Below, piece by piece: positions 1-13,497 of a stretch of DNA of 64,000 bases. Both the position numbers and the translations under genes were made by a program. The notes beneath the pieces were generated by a model. That model saw only the letters and a program-made list of their open reading frames with translations, ran no database searches and was not told the origin of the DNA. The DNA is from Leucoraja ocellata. Lineage: Eukaryota. The stretch covers positions 1,612,001 to 1,676,000 of the forward strand of contig JAWMAR010000386.1 of assembly GCA_036785375.1 (NCBI GenBank), written 5' to 3'. The first letter of the stretch is position 1, and each line of letters starts with the position of its first letter.

Positions 1-849
1 CCAGAGATGCTGCCTGTCCCGCTGAATTACTCCAGCAATTTGTGTCCATTAAGTATAACCTGCCGGGTCTCACATGCTTTGCAATGGGATTTATCTTTTC
101 TGTCAGATTCATGTTATCTTAGAAGTTCATTCAGAGATGATTTATCTAACATGGATGATGTAAGAGATATGTAACCTGGGTGACTAAGCACATTCCAATG
201 GAAACACCCATTCGAACAAAAAAAATAATCACTGCAAACAATAAGAACAAATCAATAACATTGAACGGTTAAGGCACAGGTATTGCATCTTAGTTTGGCT
301 GAGAACAAACACATTGCTGCAAATAATATAAATGGGCAACATGTGTCATGTAGACTGCTGAGACAGACAGTATCAACCAATGAAAGAAAAACTGTGTTAT
401 AAGCATTGCAGAAGTTGATTAAAAGTACAGGGAAGCTATTTCCCAGTGGTAGACATACATCCTGTTACTGCTATGATCATCAGTCTAGTTGAGGGCTGTG
501 ATCTGCATCCACAATTAACTTCACAGCCACTGAGCTGCATGGCACTCATTACTGAAATAAACAAAATACACTGAAATGCAGGATTCCTTCAATTAGAATT
601 TTGCCCAAAACTGATTCAATTACAAAGTTTGTGAAAACAAAATTGAATGTCATTAAGCATTGTTGACGAGGAAAGTGAATGGGTCGGTGTAATGGAGCAT
701 TTACCACTTCTCAAATAAGTGCAACTCCAGGCATCATCATGAATGGCAACACCTTCCGGGATTAACTCTCCCTCCACACCTTGGGGAAGAGAGATCCAAA
801 GACTCGTGATATCCTATTTTTGAATAGTCCATAAATCTAGATACTTCAA

Positions 850-1950
850 AATGAACTTAAGAAATCCTTGTCATATCCACCTTGTCGAAAAGTTTTCTGT
901 TTCAATAAAGTCCCATCTTACTCGTCTAAGCCTGTCCTACCCAGTCGTACCTCATGCAGCAACCCATCTAAGTAAGAGTTGGTGCCCAAAATGTTCTACG
1001 AACTGTTTCCATTGCACTAACATCTGTCCTTATATAATGAGACCATTACCATATACACTAATCAAGATGTGATCTCACTGTTCACTACACAGTTGAAGGA
1101 TAAACTTGCTATTTGTGCATTAATTTCCTCCCACAAAAAAACTTAGATTATGTTAATTTTCCAAATTACTTGCAGTATACGCATGGCAGGCTTTTGCTGG
1201 ATTACTCTACCTCAGAGCTCTGCAAACTTTCATCGTTTATTTAATATGCTTCTTTCTATTTTTCCTGGCACAGTGAGCTACTTCACATTTTCTCACATCA
1301 ACCCCCATTTGACTGACCATTCCCACTCAACCTATCTACAGTATTTCCCTTGGTAGCCACCTTGTGCACTCTTCATTTGTTACTTTCCTATTAATCTTTT
1401 GTGTCATCAGCAAATTTAGCAAACTTGTCTGCAGGCAAGTCAGTTATATAAATTGTGAGGTTGAAGTCCCAGCGCTAATACCACTTACTGCATCAGACGA
1501 CTCTGGAAAAAGACGCATTTGGACCTACTCTGTTTCCTTTAGCCAGTCAATCTTCTATCTTTGCTAATGTTACTTCCTACACAATGTGCTTTTATTTTTT
1601 TGCCATAGCCTCAGTATCAAATGCTGGAAATTGAAGTGAATACATCGACTGGTTCTCCATTATCAACGGCATGTGGTATTTCTTCAAAGAACATCGGGTT
1701 GGTCAAAAATTATTTCCATTGACTTTTGCCCGGTTATTTTGAATTTTTCAGTAATTTCTAATGTATTCAATAAGAGTTTGAAATGTTTACCCTGTCAACT
1801 AGCTGGTTTTAATTTACTGCTTTCTGATCCCTTTCTTTAAATAAACAAATTACATTTTCTATTTTCCGATCCAGTGGATCTTCTCCGAATCTAGGGAATT
1901 TTTGAAAATCAAATCTATTTAATCTCAATCACCATTTTTCAAAGACATTT
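850..1950 (-). mobile_element. Old, highly degraded CR1 ORF2 fragments
   Basis: Pieces resemble the minus-strand CR1 at 15251-18012 (gtgtcatcagcaaatttag = KFADDT; acttcacattttctcacat); many indels. Confidence 0.55.
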
Positions 1951-2189
1951 AGGTGAAGTTTAACAATGACATGTCAACCCAAACAATTTGCCCAATACAA
2001 GTTCCCTGGTATTTGTAACCCTGTCCCACTTAGGCGACTTTTTAGGCGACTGCAGGAGATTACGCAGCCGCCACATGGTCGCCACATGTTTCCGGGTAGT
2101 TACCGAAGAGTCTCCTTCATGGTGGCGAGGAGTTCCCGCATTCTGCAGCCTCATTGTAGTCGCCGTGAATTTTTCAACATAAACCATCT

Positions 2190-2450
2190 ACCACCCATTC
2201 ACACTAGTTCTGTGTTGCCCACTTTTGCATCCACTTCCTGCACGTAACAGGCGATTTATAGTCAATTCACCTACAAACCCACATGTCTTTGGGATGTGGG
2301 AAGAAACCAGAGCATCCAGAGGAAACCCATGCAGTCACAGGGAGAACGTACAAACTACATCAAGACAGCACCCAAGGTCAGGATCGCAGCCGTGTCCTTG
2401 GCGTTGTGAGGTTGTAGCTCTACCAACTGTGCCCAACGTGCCACCTTACT
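2190..2450 (-). mobile_element. tRNA-derived V-SINE (HE1-like)
   Basis: Reverse-complement SINE core (tttgggatgtggga...aacc...gtcacagggagaacgtacaaact) and tRNA head. Confidence 0.75.
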
Positions 2451-2820
2451 GCACCAATGTGTCATCCTATGGTGTTAACTATTTTCTTATTATAGAAACT
2501 CGTACCATAGAGATTTTCATTTCTGTCTAGTTTAATTTCATGGTTTAGTTTTTCTTACATATTAATCTTTTTATTATTTTTAACTTTAAAATGAATTTCT
2601 GTTCAATATTCTCCCTTCCCAATTGTCGCCAACCAATTATGTTTTTTTCCTTTGAGCCTGATGCTATCATTAAATCATAAACACAAATGACTTTTCCCTA
2701 TCCGTACAATTACAACTAAAATGTGATATGCGTAGAAAAATAAAATACTGATCATGCGTCATATCAAAGAGCAATAACCTTTCAGGGCAAAGTGCTGAAA
2801 ACGGAAACAGAAACAAAAGG

Positions 2821-2821
<1 letters not shown>

Positions 2822-2865
<44 letters not shown>

Positions 2866-2920
2866 CACACACACACCCACACCCACGCACACGCACACGC
2901 ACAGGCGCACACACACAACA
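2822..2920. repeat. (CA)n microsatellite
   Basis: Direct observation. Confidence 0.97.
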
Positions 2921-3169
2921 AACATGCACATACATAGGCATATGGGCACATCCATACACACAGAGCTGCTGCAGCAGTCATTTTATTGTAATACATTGAA
3001 GCTCAGATCCACTTTGACATGCAGGATAAGTTCTGTGCAGAACTGTTGTATTTTGTGTGTAAGAATTGAAATGGAGTGATGGTTAAAAGAAGCAGAAGTG
3101 ACACGAGGAAACTTTCTTTTTTAACATGACAAATTGTTGTGATCAAGAAAGCACTGCTTGAAAAATGGA

Positions 3170-3375
3170 GCCAAGGACAGGCGGATGCTGGAACCTTGAG
3201 TTAAAAAAGAGGAGCTGGAGTGACGCAATGGATTGGGATAGACAACGTTTTGGGTCCGGAACCTTCCACAGACTGATCAGTCAGAAGAAGAGTCCTGACC
3301 CAAAATGCCGCCTATCTATGTCCTCTAGAGATGCGGCCTGATCCATTGAATTACTCCAGCTCTTTGTGTTTTATA
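3170..3375. mobile_element. Decayed palindromic Penelope-derived short element
   Basis: gacaacgttttgggtccggaaccttccacagactgatcagtcagaagaagagtcctgacccaaaatg is an imperfect inverted repeat centred on ctgatcag. Related decayed pieces at ~1-60, 13295-13497, 23350-23470, 29875-29965, 30505-30670, 41145-41210, 49345-49445, 52315-52405, 55960-56045. Confidence 0.65.
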
Positions 3376-4179
3376 TCTGTGCAGGTATAATAGGCCAATT
3401 TGTATTTTCTATTATCGTGTTACTGACTTTACGATTCAAAATCGGATTATGACTAAATACTACAATTTATATCTGATACAGAAATTGCACATCTGAAATA
3501 TAATCATAATAATCATTTACCAATCTGCTCATACAATTTCACTTACTCCTCAACAACATAGATGTGTGCCAAGTCTCTGGTAAACATGCACTCCGTCCCA
3601 TATCTCATGAAGGTATACTTTGATGATGAATTTCACCGTCTCCTTTATTGATTCAGCATAATCTTTGATCATTAGAGGAACAAGGTGTTTGGAGATCATA
3701 TTCTCAAATGTGCTATAAAGCTCACTGCTAACTAGCAGTGGCATAGATAGAGTGTAGAGTAAAGATCGTGTTTCCCAAAGTGAGGTTGGCGAAGACAAGA
3801 GAGCACAGAGTTAAGGTGAGATGCAGATGTTTTAGAGTGGAACTGAGCAGGAGTTTTATCACACAAGTCTATTATTATTCGGTATAATGTGCACAATGCC
3901 TCCAAACCTCTCAGAACTTCACAGTTGCACTCTTTCATTCATAGCAATAGGAGACAAGTGCCAGGAGAAAACCGAAGAGAGGAAGAGGAAGCACCAGTTT
4001 GTTTTTGCTAATAAATGCAAATTATTTTAGATTTGAGCCCAGTTTAACCTGAGCCCACATCTCAGGTTGTTAATAATCCAATCCAGATAATGACAATGGG
4101 TCAGATGACTAATTCATTCCCAATCCACTTTCATGCTCCACCAATTTGGACATCTGGTCTAATATTGAATTGTCAATTT

Positions 4180-4485
4180 TTAGTTTAGAGATATAACGCA
4201 GAAACAGGCCATTTGGCCCACCGAGGCCGCGCCGACCAGCGATCCCCGCACACTAACACTATCCTACAGCCGCCTGAGACAATTTATAATTTTAGAAACC
4301 CAATTGGCCTACAAACCTGTACGTCTCTGGAGTGTGGGAGGAAACCGGATCATCAGGAGAAAACCCACGCAGGTCACGGGGAGAACATAGAGACTCCGTA
4401 CAGACAGCACCCTTAGTCAGGATCAATCCCCGGTCTCTGGCACTATACCGCAGCAACTTTACCGCTGTGCCGCCACGCCACCCTT
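4180..4485 (-). mobile_element. V-SINE (HE1-like)
   Basis: (ttagt)n tail at 4180, core, tRNA head at ~4410-4485. Confidence 0.85.
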
Positions 4486-4530
4486 AATTTTTGGTGGACG
4501 ATGTTCCAGAGCATTTAATTATTTTCGTTT

Positions 4531-4885
4531 TAGACAATAGACAATAGACAATAGGTGCAGTAGTAGGCCATTCGGCCCTTTGAGCCAGCACCGCCATTCA
4601 ATGTGATCATGGCTGAACATCCCCAATCAGTACCCCATTCCTGCCTTCTCCCCATATCCCCTGACTGAGAGAAGGCAGGTACAGGATACTGAGTTGATGA
4701 TCAGCCATGATCATATTGAATGGCGGTGCAGGCTCGAAGGGCCGAATGGCCTACTCCTGCACCTAATTTCTATGTTTCTATGTTTCTATGACTCCGCTAT
4801 TTTTAAGAGCCCTATGTAGCTCTCTCTTGAAAGTATCCAGAAAAACTGCCTCCACCGCCCTCTGAGGCAGAGAATTCCACAGACA
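4531..4885 (-). mobile_element. CR1 3' fragment interrupted by an opposite-strand CR1 3' end (4667-4788)
   Basis: Tail (tagacaa)n at 4531. The insert ends in (tttctatg)n and is flanked by TGACT (4662-4666, 4789-4793). Confidence 0.85.
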
Positions 4886-4945
4886 CTTAAATCTACCCAA
4901 ATCTAGCCACTTTTCATTACCACTTTTCATTTCTCTGAGGCAGAG

Positions 4946-5131
4946 AATTGGCTATATTTAAGAGGGAGTTAGATGTGGCCCTTGTGGCTAAAGGGATCAG
5001 GGGGTACAGAGAGAAGGCAGGTACAGAATACTGAGTTGGATGATCAGTCATGATCATATTGAATGGCGTTGCAGGCTCGAAGGGCCGAATGGCCTACTCC
5101 TGCACCTATTTTCTATGTTTCTATGTTTCTA
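4946..5131 (+). mobile_element. CR1 3' fragment
   Basis: Encodes ...FKRELDVALVAKGIRGY; 3' UTR and (tttctatg)n tail. Confidence 0.88.
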
Positions 5132-5844
5132 AAATGGTTACATGCCCAACTATGCCATCAGGTTAATCTACTGATACCGGTCAAGTCAGTGAACTCTGGT
5201 CCACAGCAAATCCCATCACTCTCTGCAATCACTGCAACATATAAATTTATAAAGCACATGATCAAAGCAAAATCACGATACTCTTCATGTGTACTTTGCT
5301 CCTCAGGGCTTTTAACGCCACGGATGGTGCTTTAACTTGGCTGCCTTGTCTAAGTTGCTTGCAGTGGTGAAGCAAATTTCCATTAATGAACTACAATCCA
5401 CTCCTTTGTTGGATTTGAGAGTTGCTGTGGCAACCCTTAGTCTTCTCACCATTCTGCTCAGTTAGGTGCAGCCTTGGGTCAATGGAAATTTTTATCCCTA
5501 CTCGTTAGAGAAAAGATTTTCTGTACTGACAGCCCTTTAAATTAAACGGTTTACTTTGAACACAGAATGGCTCCAATCTAATCATCTTATGAAAAAGGAC
5601 TATTCATAACTACTGGTGTGATATTGTTAGCTTATTAGGATAATAGGCACACCACAGAATTCATCTTACAATGCATGCAGGCAATTAGTGAACTTGATTG
5701 TGGGATATGACAAATACATTAAGCTGTTGACAATGTGGAAATGTATGTGCTTGCTCCAGGGAGCATATTTTTTTCTATCCTATTATATTCAGTTTGAAAA
5801 ATGCTCTCTCCTCTCATCCTGTTTCTCCTAACGTTAATTTTTGA

Positions 5845-6104
5845 AACATAGAAACATAGAAAATAGTACCAAAATCATCCAAAATCAGTACCCCGTTCCT
5901 GCCTTCTCACCATATCCCTTGATTCCGTTAGTCCTAAGAGGTAAATCTAACTCGCTCTTGAATGCATCCAGTGAATTGGCCTCCACTGCTTTCCGTGGCA
6001 GAGAATTACACAGATTCACAACTCTCTGGGTGAAAAAAGTTGTCATAATCTCAGTCCTAAATGGCCTACCCCTTATTCTTAAACTGTGACCCCTGGTTCT
6101 GGAC
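5845..6104 (-). mobile_element. CR1 3' fragment with 3' UTR deletion
   Basis: ORF 5885-6106 SRTRGHSLRIRGRPFRTE...FFTQRVVNL; tail gaaacatagaaacatag. Confidence 0.88.
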
Positions 6105-6109
6105 ATTCA

Positions 6110-6640
6110 TCCAATTGAGTAATTTCCCAGTCTTAAGTTTGCAGATGCTGCAAAGATTCATCATGGACTTGCCAGTGAGGAGGAAAGCTTAGAGTCCAGG
6201 ACAATATCACGGTTTGGTTCATTGGGAAGAAAAATGGTAAATAAGGTTATACTTTCAGGTTGGCAAAACAAGACACTATAAATGGAAGATACCAATTGAC
6301 ACAGAGGAATAGACTGTCTTTGATGTGTATGGCAGCAGATCTACAAAGGGAGCAAAACAGGTCAGTGAAGTGGTTAAAAAGGCTTACGCAATGCCCTCCT
6401 TTGGACATAGGCAAAAATATAAATATGAACTGTACGCAACTCTGGACGGGCTAGAGCTTGAGTAATATATATAGTTTTTGTTACAATATTTAAAGAAATA
6501 TGCGATTATACAGCAGAATGTGCTGAGGATTCACGACGCGCAGGATTGGAAAGTTGCAGATGTGTGGAAAGTTTAGATAAGCTGCGGTTGTGTTCTTTTG
6601 AACAAAGGATGCTAAGAGTAGACTTAATTGAAATATATAA
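6110..6640 (+). mobile_element. Old CR1 RT fragment (continues ~7480-7700 after SINE/Rex insertion)
   Basis: aagtttgcagatg (KFAD) and ...LDKLRLCSFEQRMLRVDLIEIYN, resuming as gagaggtttggac at ~7486. Confidence 0.6.
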
Positions 6641-6644
6641 TATG

Positions 6645-7480
6645 GGCAGCCATGGTGGCGCAGCGGATGAGTTGCCGCCTTACAGTGCTTGCAGCGCCAG
6701 AGACCCAGGTTCGATCCCGACAAGTATCTTGTCCGGGAACATTACCATCTGGTTCGGGAATTGCTCTGCCAAGGACAAGAAGGCTATGCAGAGAGTAGTG
6801 CGTTCGGCCGAACGCACTATGGGAACTTCACTCACCCCCCTGCAGGAACTATACAACAGGAGGTGCAACTCCAGAGCAAACAAAATCATGAGAGACCTCT
6901 TCCACCCCTGCAACGGACTGTTCCAGCCGCTACGGTCAGGCAAACGCCTCCGTTGCCATGCAGTGAGAACGGAGAGGTTGAGAAGGAGTTTCTTCCCAGA
7001 GGCAATTCGGACTGTAAACGCCTTTCTCACCAGGGACTAACTCTACAGAACGTTTTTCCTTCTATTATTTATTATGTAAAAGAATATGTGTGTTATGATT
7101 GTGTTTATAATTTGTTTGGTTGTTTTGTTGTTTGTCTTTTGCACAAAAGTCCGCGAGCATTGCCACTTTAATTTCACTGCACATCTCGTATGTGTATGTG
7201 ACAAATAAACTTGACTTGACTTGACTTGACTGTGGGTGCTGTCTGTAAGGAGTTTGTACGTTCTACCCGTGACCGGCGTGGGTTTTCTCTGAGATCTTTG
7301 GTTTCCTCCCATACTCCAAGGATGTACAGGTTTGTAGGTTATTTGGCTTGGTAAATGTAAAAATTGTCCCGCATGTGTGTAGGATAGTGTTAATGTATGG
7401 GGATCGCTGGTCGGTGCGGACCAGGTGGGCCGAACAGCCTGTTTCCACGCTGTATCTCTAAACTAAACTAAACCAAACTA
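6645..7480 (+). mobile_element. tRNA-derived V-SINE (HE1-like) split by a Rex1 LINE insertion
   Basis: A box ggtggcgcagcgg and B box ggttcgatccc (6645-6721). The body resumes at 7231 (tgtgggtgctgtctgta...) and ends in (taaac)n. Confidence 0.85.
6722..7230 (+). mobile_element. Rex1/Babar-type LINE 3' fragment
   Basis: ILSGNITIWFGNCSAKDKKAMQRVVRSAER...HPCNGLFQPLRSGKRLR...RLRRSFFPEAIR; AATAAA and (ACTTG)n tail. Confidence 0.85.
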
Positions 7481-8064
7481 ATATTGAGAGGTTTGGACTA
7501 TGTCAACAGGAAATAATTATTTATTTTACTGGACGGGCAACAACTAAAGACATGGAATTGGTTGAATGAAAGGTCAGTCATTGATGGAATGATTTGGGGG
7601 GGAGTTGAAGAAAATACGTTTTCATCTAGAGGATGTCAGGTTCTGTAACCCACTGCCTGAATGGACGTCAGAGGTGGAAAACTGCCTCATTTAAATTATA
7701 CTTGGTAATGAACTTTATTTATTCATGTGTTTTGTAATCAATGCCTACTATGTTCTGTTGTGCTGAAGCAAAGCAAGAATTTCATGGTCCTATCAGGGAC
7801 ACATGACAATAAACTCATTTGACTTGACTTGACTTGAACTTCAAGGTCTATGAAGTACAAAGATTGACCTGTGCTGGAGGTTATTATTAATCCTGGATTA
7901 ACTCTCTTTCAAGAGACAAAGACATATCGGGTTGAACAATCTCCTTCTATGTTGTAAATTTTCTATTGCTTCTAGCTAATTTTTAAGTCTCTTAAACATA
8001 AAATAATTAAATATTAATAATTCAAAACATAATAATTATCAAGGAAGCTTAATAAAACATGGGC

Positions 8065-8418
8065 AGGACTTAATGGTAGGATTCTGGGGAGTGTTGTAGA
8101 GCAGAGAGATTTAGGAGTGCAGGTGCATGTTTCCTTGGCGGCCGATCCGCAGATAGATAAGGTGGTCAAAAAGGTGGTCAGTCAATATTCTGTACCGACG
8201 TTGGGAGGTCATGTTGCTGTTATATAAGACGTTGATGAGGCAGCATTTAGAGTATTGTGTTCGGTTCTGGGCTCCATGTTATGGGAAAGATGTTGTCATG
8301 TTCGAAAGAGTACAGAGAAGATTTACGAGGAAGTTGCCAGGTCTCGAGGGTCTGAGCTATAGGGAGAGATTGAGCAGGCTGGAACTCTATTCCTTGGAGC
8401 ACAGGAGGATGAGGATTA
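8065..8418 (+). mobile_element. CR1 RT C-terminal fragment
   Basis: ORF 8211-8435 LYKTLMRQHLEYCVRFWAP...VQRRFTRKLPGL. Confidence 0.85.
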
Positions 8419-8709
8419 CATTAATTAAGAAATGATAAAACAGACTATTACAAATATAAAAGTAATTTAAAAAAAATATGTATCCACCTCTGGTATGGCT
8501 GGGGGATGGTTTAGGAACATGCTGCTTGGAATTCTGAGCAAACACTGCTGCCGCACTGCACACAAATCTGGCAAAATCTGGGGCTTCCAGATTTCATATG
8601 GCAGGCAATGAAGTTTCACATTAGGAGGTGTTCAAATAGCTGATTGCCAACAGCACAAATTGGAACTCAGCAATATTTGGCTCAGTAGTTCTGGAAATAA
8701 CTGATTGGT

Positions 8710-9022
8710 TGTATTTAGAGATACAGCGTAGAAACAAGTTCTTCAGCCCACCCGTCCATCGATCACCCGTTCATAATAGTTCTATGTTATCCCACTTTTG
8801 CATTCACTCTCTACACATTTGTGGCAATTTACAGAGGCCAATTAACCTACAAAGCCCCACATCTTTGGGATGTGGGTGGAAACCGGAGCACCCGGTGGAT
8901 GCCCATGTAGTCACAAAAAGAACGTGCAAACTCCACACCGACAATACCTGAGGTCAGGATCGAACCTGGGCTGCTGGTGCTGTGAGGCAGCAGCTCTACC
9001 AGCTGAGCCACTGTGCTGCCCC
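8710..9022 (-). mobile_element. V-SINE (HE1-like)
   Basis: Same architecture; B box ggatcgaacc on the reverse strand. Confidence 0.8.
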
Positions 9023-10161
9023 TTGGAGAATAACAAAATCATGCTGTAGAAAGGCAACTGGCAGATTAAATATTCATGATGTAATGCATGATACTTACTT
9101 TATAATCATGTTCCTTTCACTTGTCCTCTACGGGGATTGTGAATAACATAGCATCACCAAATTAACAAGTTATTAGAATGTGGAGATATTAGATTTAATA
9201 GACAGGATGCTTTTTAATTCAATATTTCCCCTATTTTCTGATGCTCTAAATATCCAGCATAGGTGTATGGAACTTTTAATGAGAAGCTGTCTTTGGGAAT
9301 AAAGGAAGAGGTGTCATAGTTAGTGTTGGATGTCTGGCATCAGAGAGGTAAACAGCGCTTGGACCAAGGAGTCCACTTACCTATGCCTGGGACTGCTAGG
9401 AGCTGGGTGCAGGTATCTGGAAACACACACTGTAGGTGAAACCACTTTTGCGAAGAGACTGTGGTTGGTGATAAGCAATATTGATGGAAAAGTTCAAGAG
9501 ATTTTCAGTTTCCTCCAACACTCCAAAGGCATACAGGTTTGTAGTTAAATTGGCTTTGTACAAGTGTAAATTGTCCCCAGTGTGTGTAGTAGTGTTAATG
9601 TACGTGGATCCCTAGTTGGTGCGGACTCGGTGGTCCGAAGAGCCTGTTTCTGTGCTGTATCTCTAAACTAAACTAAGAAGTAGAAGGACTGGGATTGTTG
9701 TTGGAAATCGTGAGGCAGCGATGATCAGCATTTATTTAATCCCCTACACTGTTGTGGCTGCGCTGTCCAGTACCAAGCAATGCAATTGCTCTTGGAAAAG
9801 ATAGGGAAGATGAGGAGGAACATGGTGGGATGGTGATGCAGAATTCCACCTGGGAAAACGAGTGGCAGAAAGGCAGTAGCTTGAAGGTTTGTGGCAGCCA
9901 AAGTATGGTTATGGATCCAGGTTGCAGTTGAATATAGGTGAAGGGATGGGGGAAAGGCTATTCTGACAGGGACTAAACAGAAACTGATTGGCAAAAGCAT
10001 GCCCAATGTTTCATTGAAGGAGAGCATGTGGACAATGGGTGCAGTGACAAACACTTATTGTCTGAACACAATTGCTCCCACCTTTCTTTTCTTATCAGGT
10101 TTCCCAGTCTTTAAAGTGGGCTCACAATTACTTCAAGGGAAATATGTTTAGAAGATTGTCT

Positions 10162-10581
10162 AGAATTTAGAAGATTGAGGGGGGATCTTATAGAAACTTA
10201 CAAAATTCTTAAGGGGTTGGACAGGCTAGATGCAGGAAGATTGTTCCCAATGTTGGGGAAGTCCAGAACAAGGGGTCACCGTTTAAGGATAAGGGGGAAA
10301 TCATTTAGGATCGAGATGAGAAAAACATTTTTCACTCAGAGAGTGGTGAATCTGTGGAATTCTCTGCCACAGAAGGTAGTTGAGACCAGTTCATTGGCTA
10401 CATTTAAGAGGGAGTTAGATGTGGCCCTTGTAGCTAAAGGGATCAGGGGGTATGGAGAGAAGGCAGGTACAGGATACTGAGTTGGATGATCAGCCATGAT
10501 CATATTGAATGGCGGTGCAGGCTCGAAGGGCCAAAAGGTCTACTCCTGCACCTATTGTCTATGTTTTTATGTTTCTATGTT
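10162..10581 (+). mobile_element. CR1 3' fragment
   Basis: ORF 10175-10480 RGDLIETYKILKGLDRLD...GEKAGTGY*; 3' UTR and tail. Confidence 0.92.
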
Positions 10582-10584
10582 ACA

Positions 10585-10862
10585 GCATGGTGGTGCAGTG
10601 GTAGATTTGCTGCCTTAAGGCGCCAGAGACCCAGGTGCTGTATGTACGGAGTGTCTACATTCTCCCCAGAACTGCGTGGGTTTTCTCCGGGTGTTCTGCT
10701 TGCCTCCCACACTCCAAAGACGTACAGGTTTGTAGGTCAATTTGGCTTTGGTAAAAATTGTAAATTGTCCCTAGTACGTGTAAGGATAGTGTTAGTATAC
10801 GGGGATCGCTAGGTGGGCCGAAGGACCTGTTTCAGCACTCTATCATTAAACTAAACTAAACT
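10585..10862 (+). mobile_element. V-SINE (HE1-like), directly after a CR1 tail
   Basis: ggtggtgcagtggtaga head, core, (taaac)n tail. A 5'-truncated copy lies at ~9500-9675. Confidence 0.85.
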
Positions 10863-11469
10863 ACCACAATCTCACAGTCACTACTATAGAAAGTGCAACA
10901 GCCACATACATAGCAAATTGATGGTGGTGGGAGAATTTAGGTATAACCAGCTTAACATGTATGACAGACATGATTGGACAAGCATGACAAGACAATGCTG
11001 CATTTGTGGCAAGTGTATGCACAAATACGAGCATTTTAGAGACACTTATTATTCTTCAATATGTGCTGAGTAGTTGTACTGGGAGAAAATACTAAGAATG
11101 TCAGCTCAAGCCTGATTTGCAGGATAATAATTTTCTATCCATTAACTGAAGCTTTGTGATGGAGGGCAAGAGATGAAAACAAACTTTTAATTTATTACAT
11201 TGATTATCTGTACAACAGTAAAGAAAATGATTTACACCAAATCTTATAATCCCTATCAAATTATACTTTCCAATAGGTTATAATGAGATATTGTTTCCTA
11301 TTTATTTCCATCATATTTTACATTGTCATCATCAAAATCACTACTGCTCTGTGAAACACATTGCCAGAAATTCTGCAGGATTTCAACCAACCTTCCATTG
11401 TACAAGGAAAGTCAGGTATAATTAGGATCCTGAGGATGCCTGCTCAAACTGTCCCAGTGTTTCAATTGT

Positions 11470-12156
11470 CAAAGTAAGCATGCAGGTACAGCAGGCAGTG
11501 AAGATAGCCAATCATTACCAATGTTGGCCTTCATTGCGAGAGCATTTGAGTTTAAGAGCAACGAGGTCCTACTGCAGTTGTACAGGGCCCTGGTGAAACC
11601 GCACCTGGAGTATTGTGTGCAGTTTTGCTCTCCTAATTTGAGGAAGGACAATATTGCTGTTGAGAGAGTGCAGCGTAGGTTCACCAACTTAATTCCCGGG
11701 ATGGCAGGACAGACGAATGATGAAAGAATGGGTCGACTGGGCTTGTATTTGCTGGAATTTAGAATGATGAGATGGGATCTTATAGAAACATATACAATTC
11801 TTAGAGGATTGGGCAGGGTAGATGCAAGGAAAATGTTCCCGATGTTGGGGGAGTCCAGAACCAGGGGTCACAGTTTAAGAGTAAGGGGTAGGCCCATTCA
11901 GGACTGAGATAAGGATTTTTATTTTCACCCAGAGAGTTGCGAATCTGTGGAATTCTCTGCCACAGAAGGCAATGGATGCTAATTCACTGGATTTTTTCAA
12001 GAGTTGGTTAAATTTAGTTCTTAGGGCAAAGAGAATCAAGGGATGTGAAAAGCGGAACTGATTTTGGATGATCAGCCTTGATCATATTGAATGGCAGTGC
12101 TGGCTTGAAGGGCCGAATGGCCTACTCCTGCCTATATATTTTCTATGTTTCTATGT
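11470..12156 (+). mobile_element. CR1 3' fragment
   Basis: ORF 11521-11907 LYRALVKPHLEYCVQF...; tail ttctatgtttctatg. Confidence 0.9.
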
Positions 12157-12624
12157 TACCATTTAGACGTTGCACTGGTAAGCAGATCTTTAAGGATGGC
12201 AACTGCTATTCAGAATCACAATTTCCCTTTGATGGAAGAAAGATGCAAGGGGGTGTTTCTGTTGGGGAACCATGCATGAATTGAAGAGTGGAGTTGGAGC
12301 AGGTACAGTAATTGAAATTTAATGTACACCTCGTGAGAAAATTAATAACAATGCATTGGCAGCCTCTTATCAATTGAAGGCACTATGCTCAGTGCACATA
12401 TTGCTATTGCTGTAAGCTAACTGATTGCAGCACAAGATGTGTGCATCAAATATACTGAACCTTCTGTTAAGGCAGCCAAAAATAGTGGAAAACACCTGTA
12501 CAGAAAGGACAGCCCAGGTTAAAGGTGAGAAAAAATGTTTTAGTTACAAGACACACCAGATAAAGGGTTAATGCTCCAGAAAAGCATGTTGGGATATATG
12601 GGCAGCAACTGGATCAAATCACAG

Positions 12625-12940
12625 TGGCACGGTGGCACAGCGGTAGAGTTGCTGCTTTACAGCGCTTGCAGAGCCGGAGACCCGGGTTGTATCCCGACTA
12701 CGGGTGCTTGTCTGTACGGAGTTTGTATGTTCTCCCCGTGACCGAGTGGGTTTACTCCAAGGTCTTCGGTTTCCTCCCACACTATAAAGGTTTATAGGTT
12801 AATTGGCTTAGTGTAAGTGTAAATTGTCCCTAGTGTGTGTAGGATAGCATTAATGTGCGGGGATCGCTGGTCAGTGCGGACTCGGTGGGCCGAAGGGCCT
12901 GTTCCTGTGCTGTATCTCTAGACTAAACTAAACTAAATTA
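12625..12940 (+). mobile_element. V-SINE (HE1-like), full length
   Basis: ggcacggtggcacagcggtagag head, core, CR1-derived 3' end gggccgaagggcctgtt..., (taaac)n tail. Confidence 0.88.
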
Positions 12941-13497
12941 AATCACTTAGATTGAGAGATTTAGGTTAAAAGATGGAGGTGGTGGTGACAAAGGTGGTGA
13001 CAAAATCCTGGTGCCACACAAACCGTGGAGTGCGCTGTCCTCTCGCATGGAGATAACTTGGTCGGCTGAGATCCAGAGGTTCAGAGCTCACAGACGCAGC
13101 CACACAATGAGGAGCAGCTATAGCTCTGGCGAGGTGACGATGGAGAATGAGGAATCCACAGCCAATGTTTCCATTAGCTGGGAAGGTGATTGAAGTTTTG
13201 CCTGGGCAAGAGAGCATGTGGAGGCAGGTGGACTTCTAGTGGAAGTGTTTCAGGCAGTGACGCAGAACAATCAGTACAGTTGAGTCCGAGGCAGTGTGTA
13301 GGATGGAACTGCAGAAGCTGGTTTACACTGAAGATAGTCACAAAATGCTGGAGTAACTCAATGGGACAGGCAGCATCTTTGGATAGAAGTAATAGGTGAC
13401 CCTTCTTCAGAGTCAGGGGAGAGGGAGACACAGAGATAAGGAAGGGTACGGTGGGAAAATGGGATCAAACCAGATTGACAGCCTACTGGGTTGATCA

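Noticed and set aside
2670-3079. ORFs rich in CV/TH
   Set aside because: Translation of the (CA)n microsatellite.
3547-3798. Minus-strand ORF ending near a GTAAGT donor-like site as a possible exon
   Set aside because: No FSTL5 or other recognisable similarity, and the frame hits a stop before the donor.
6645-6721. tRNA genes at SINE heads
   Set aside because: A/B boxes are followed by the V-SINE core and a CR1-derived tail; there is no complete cloverleaf.
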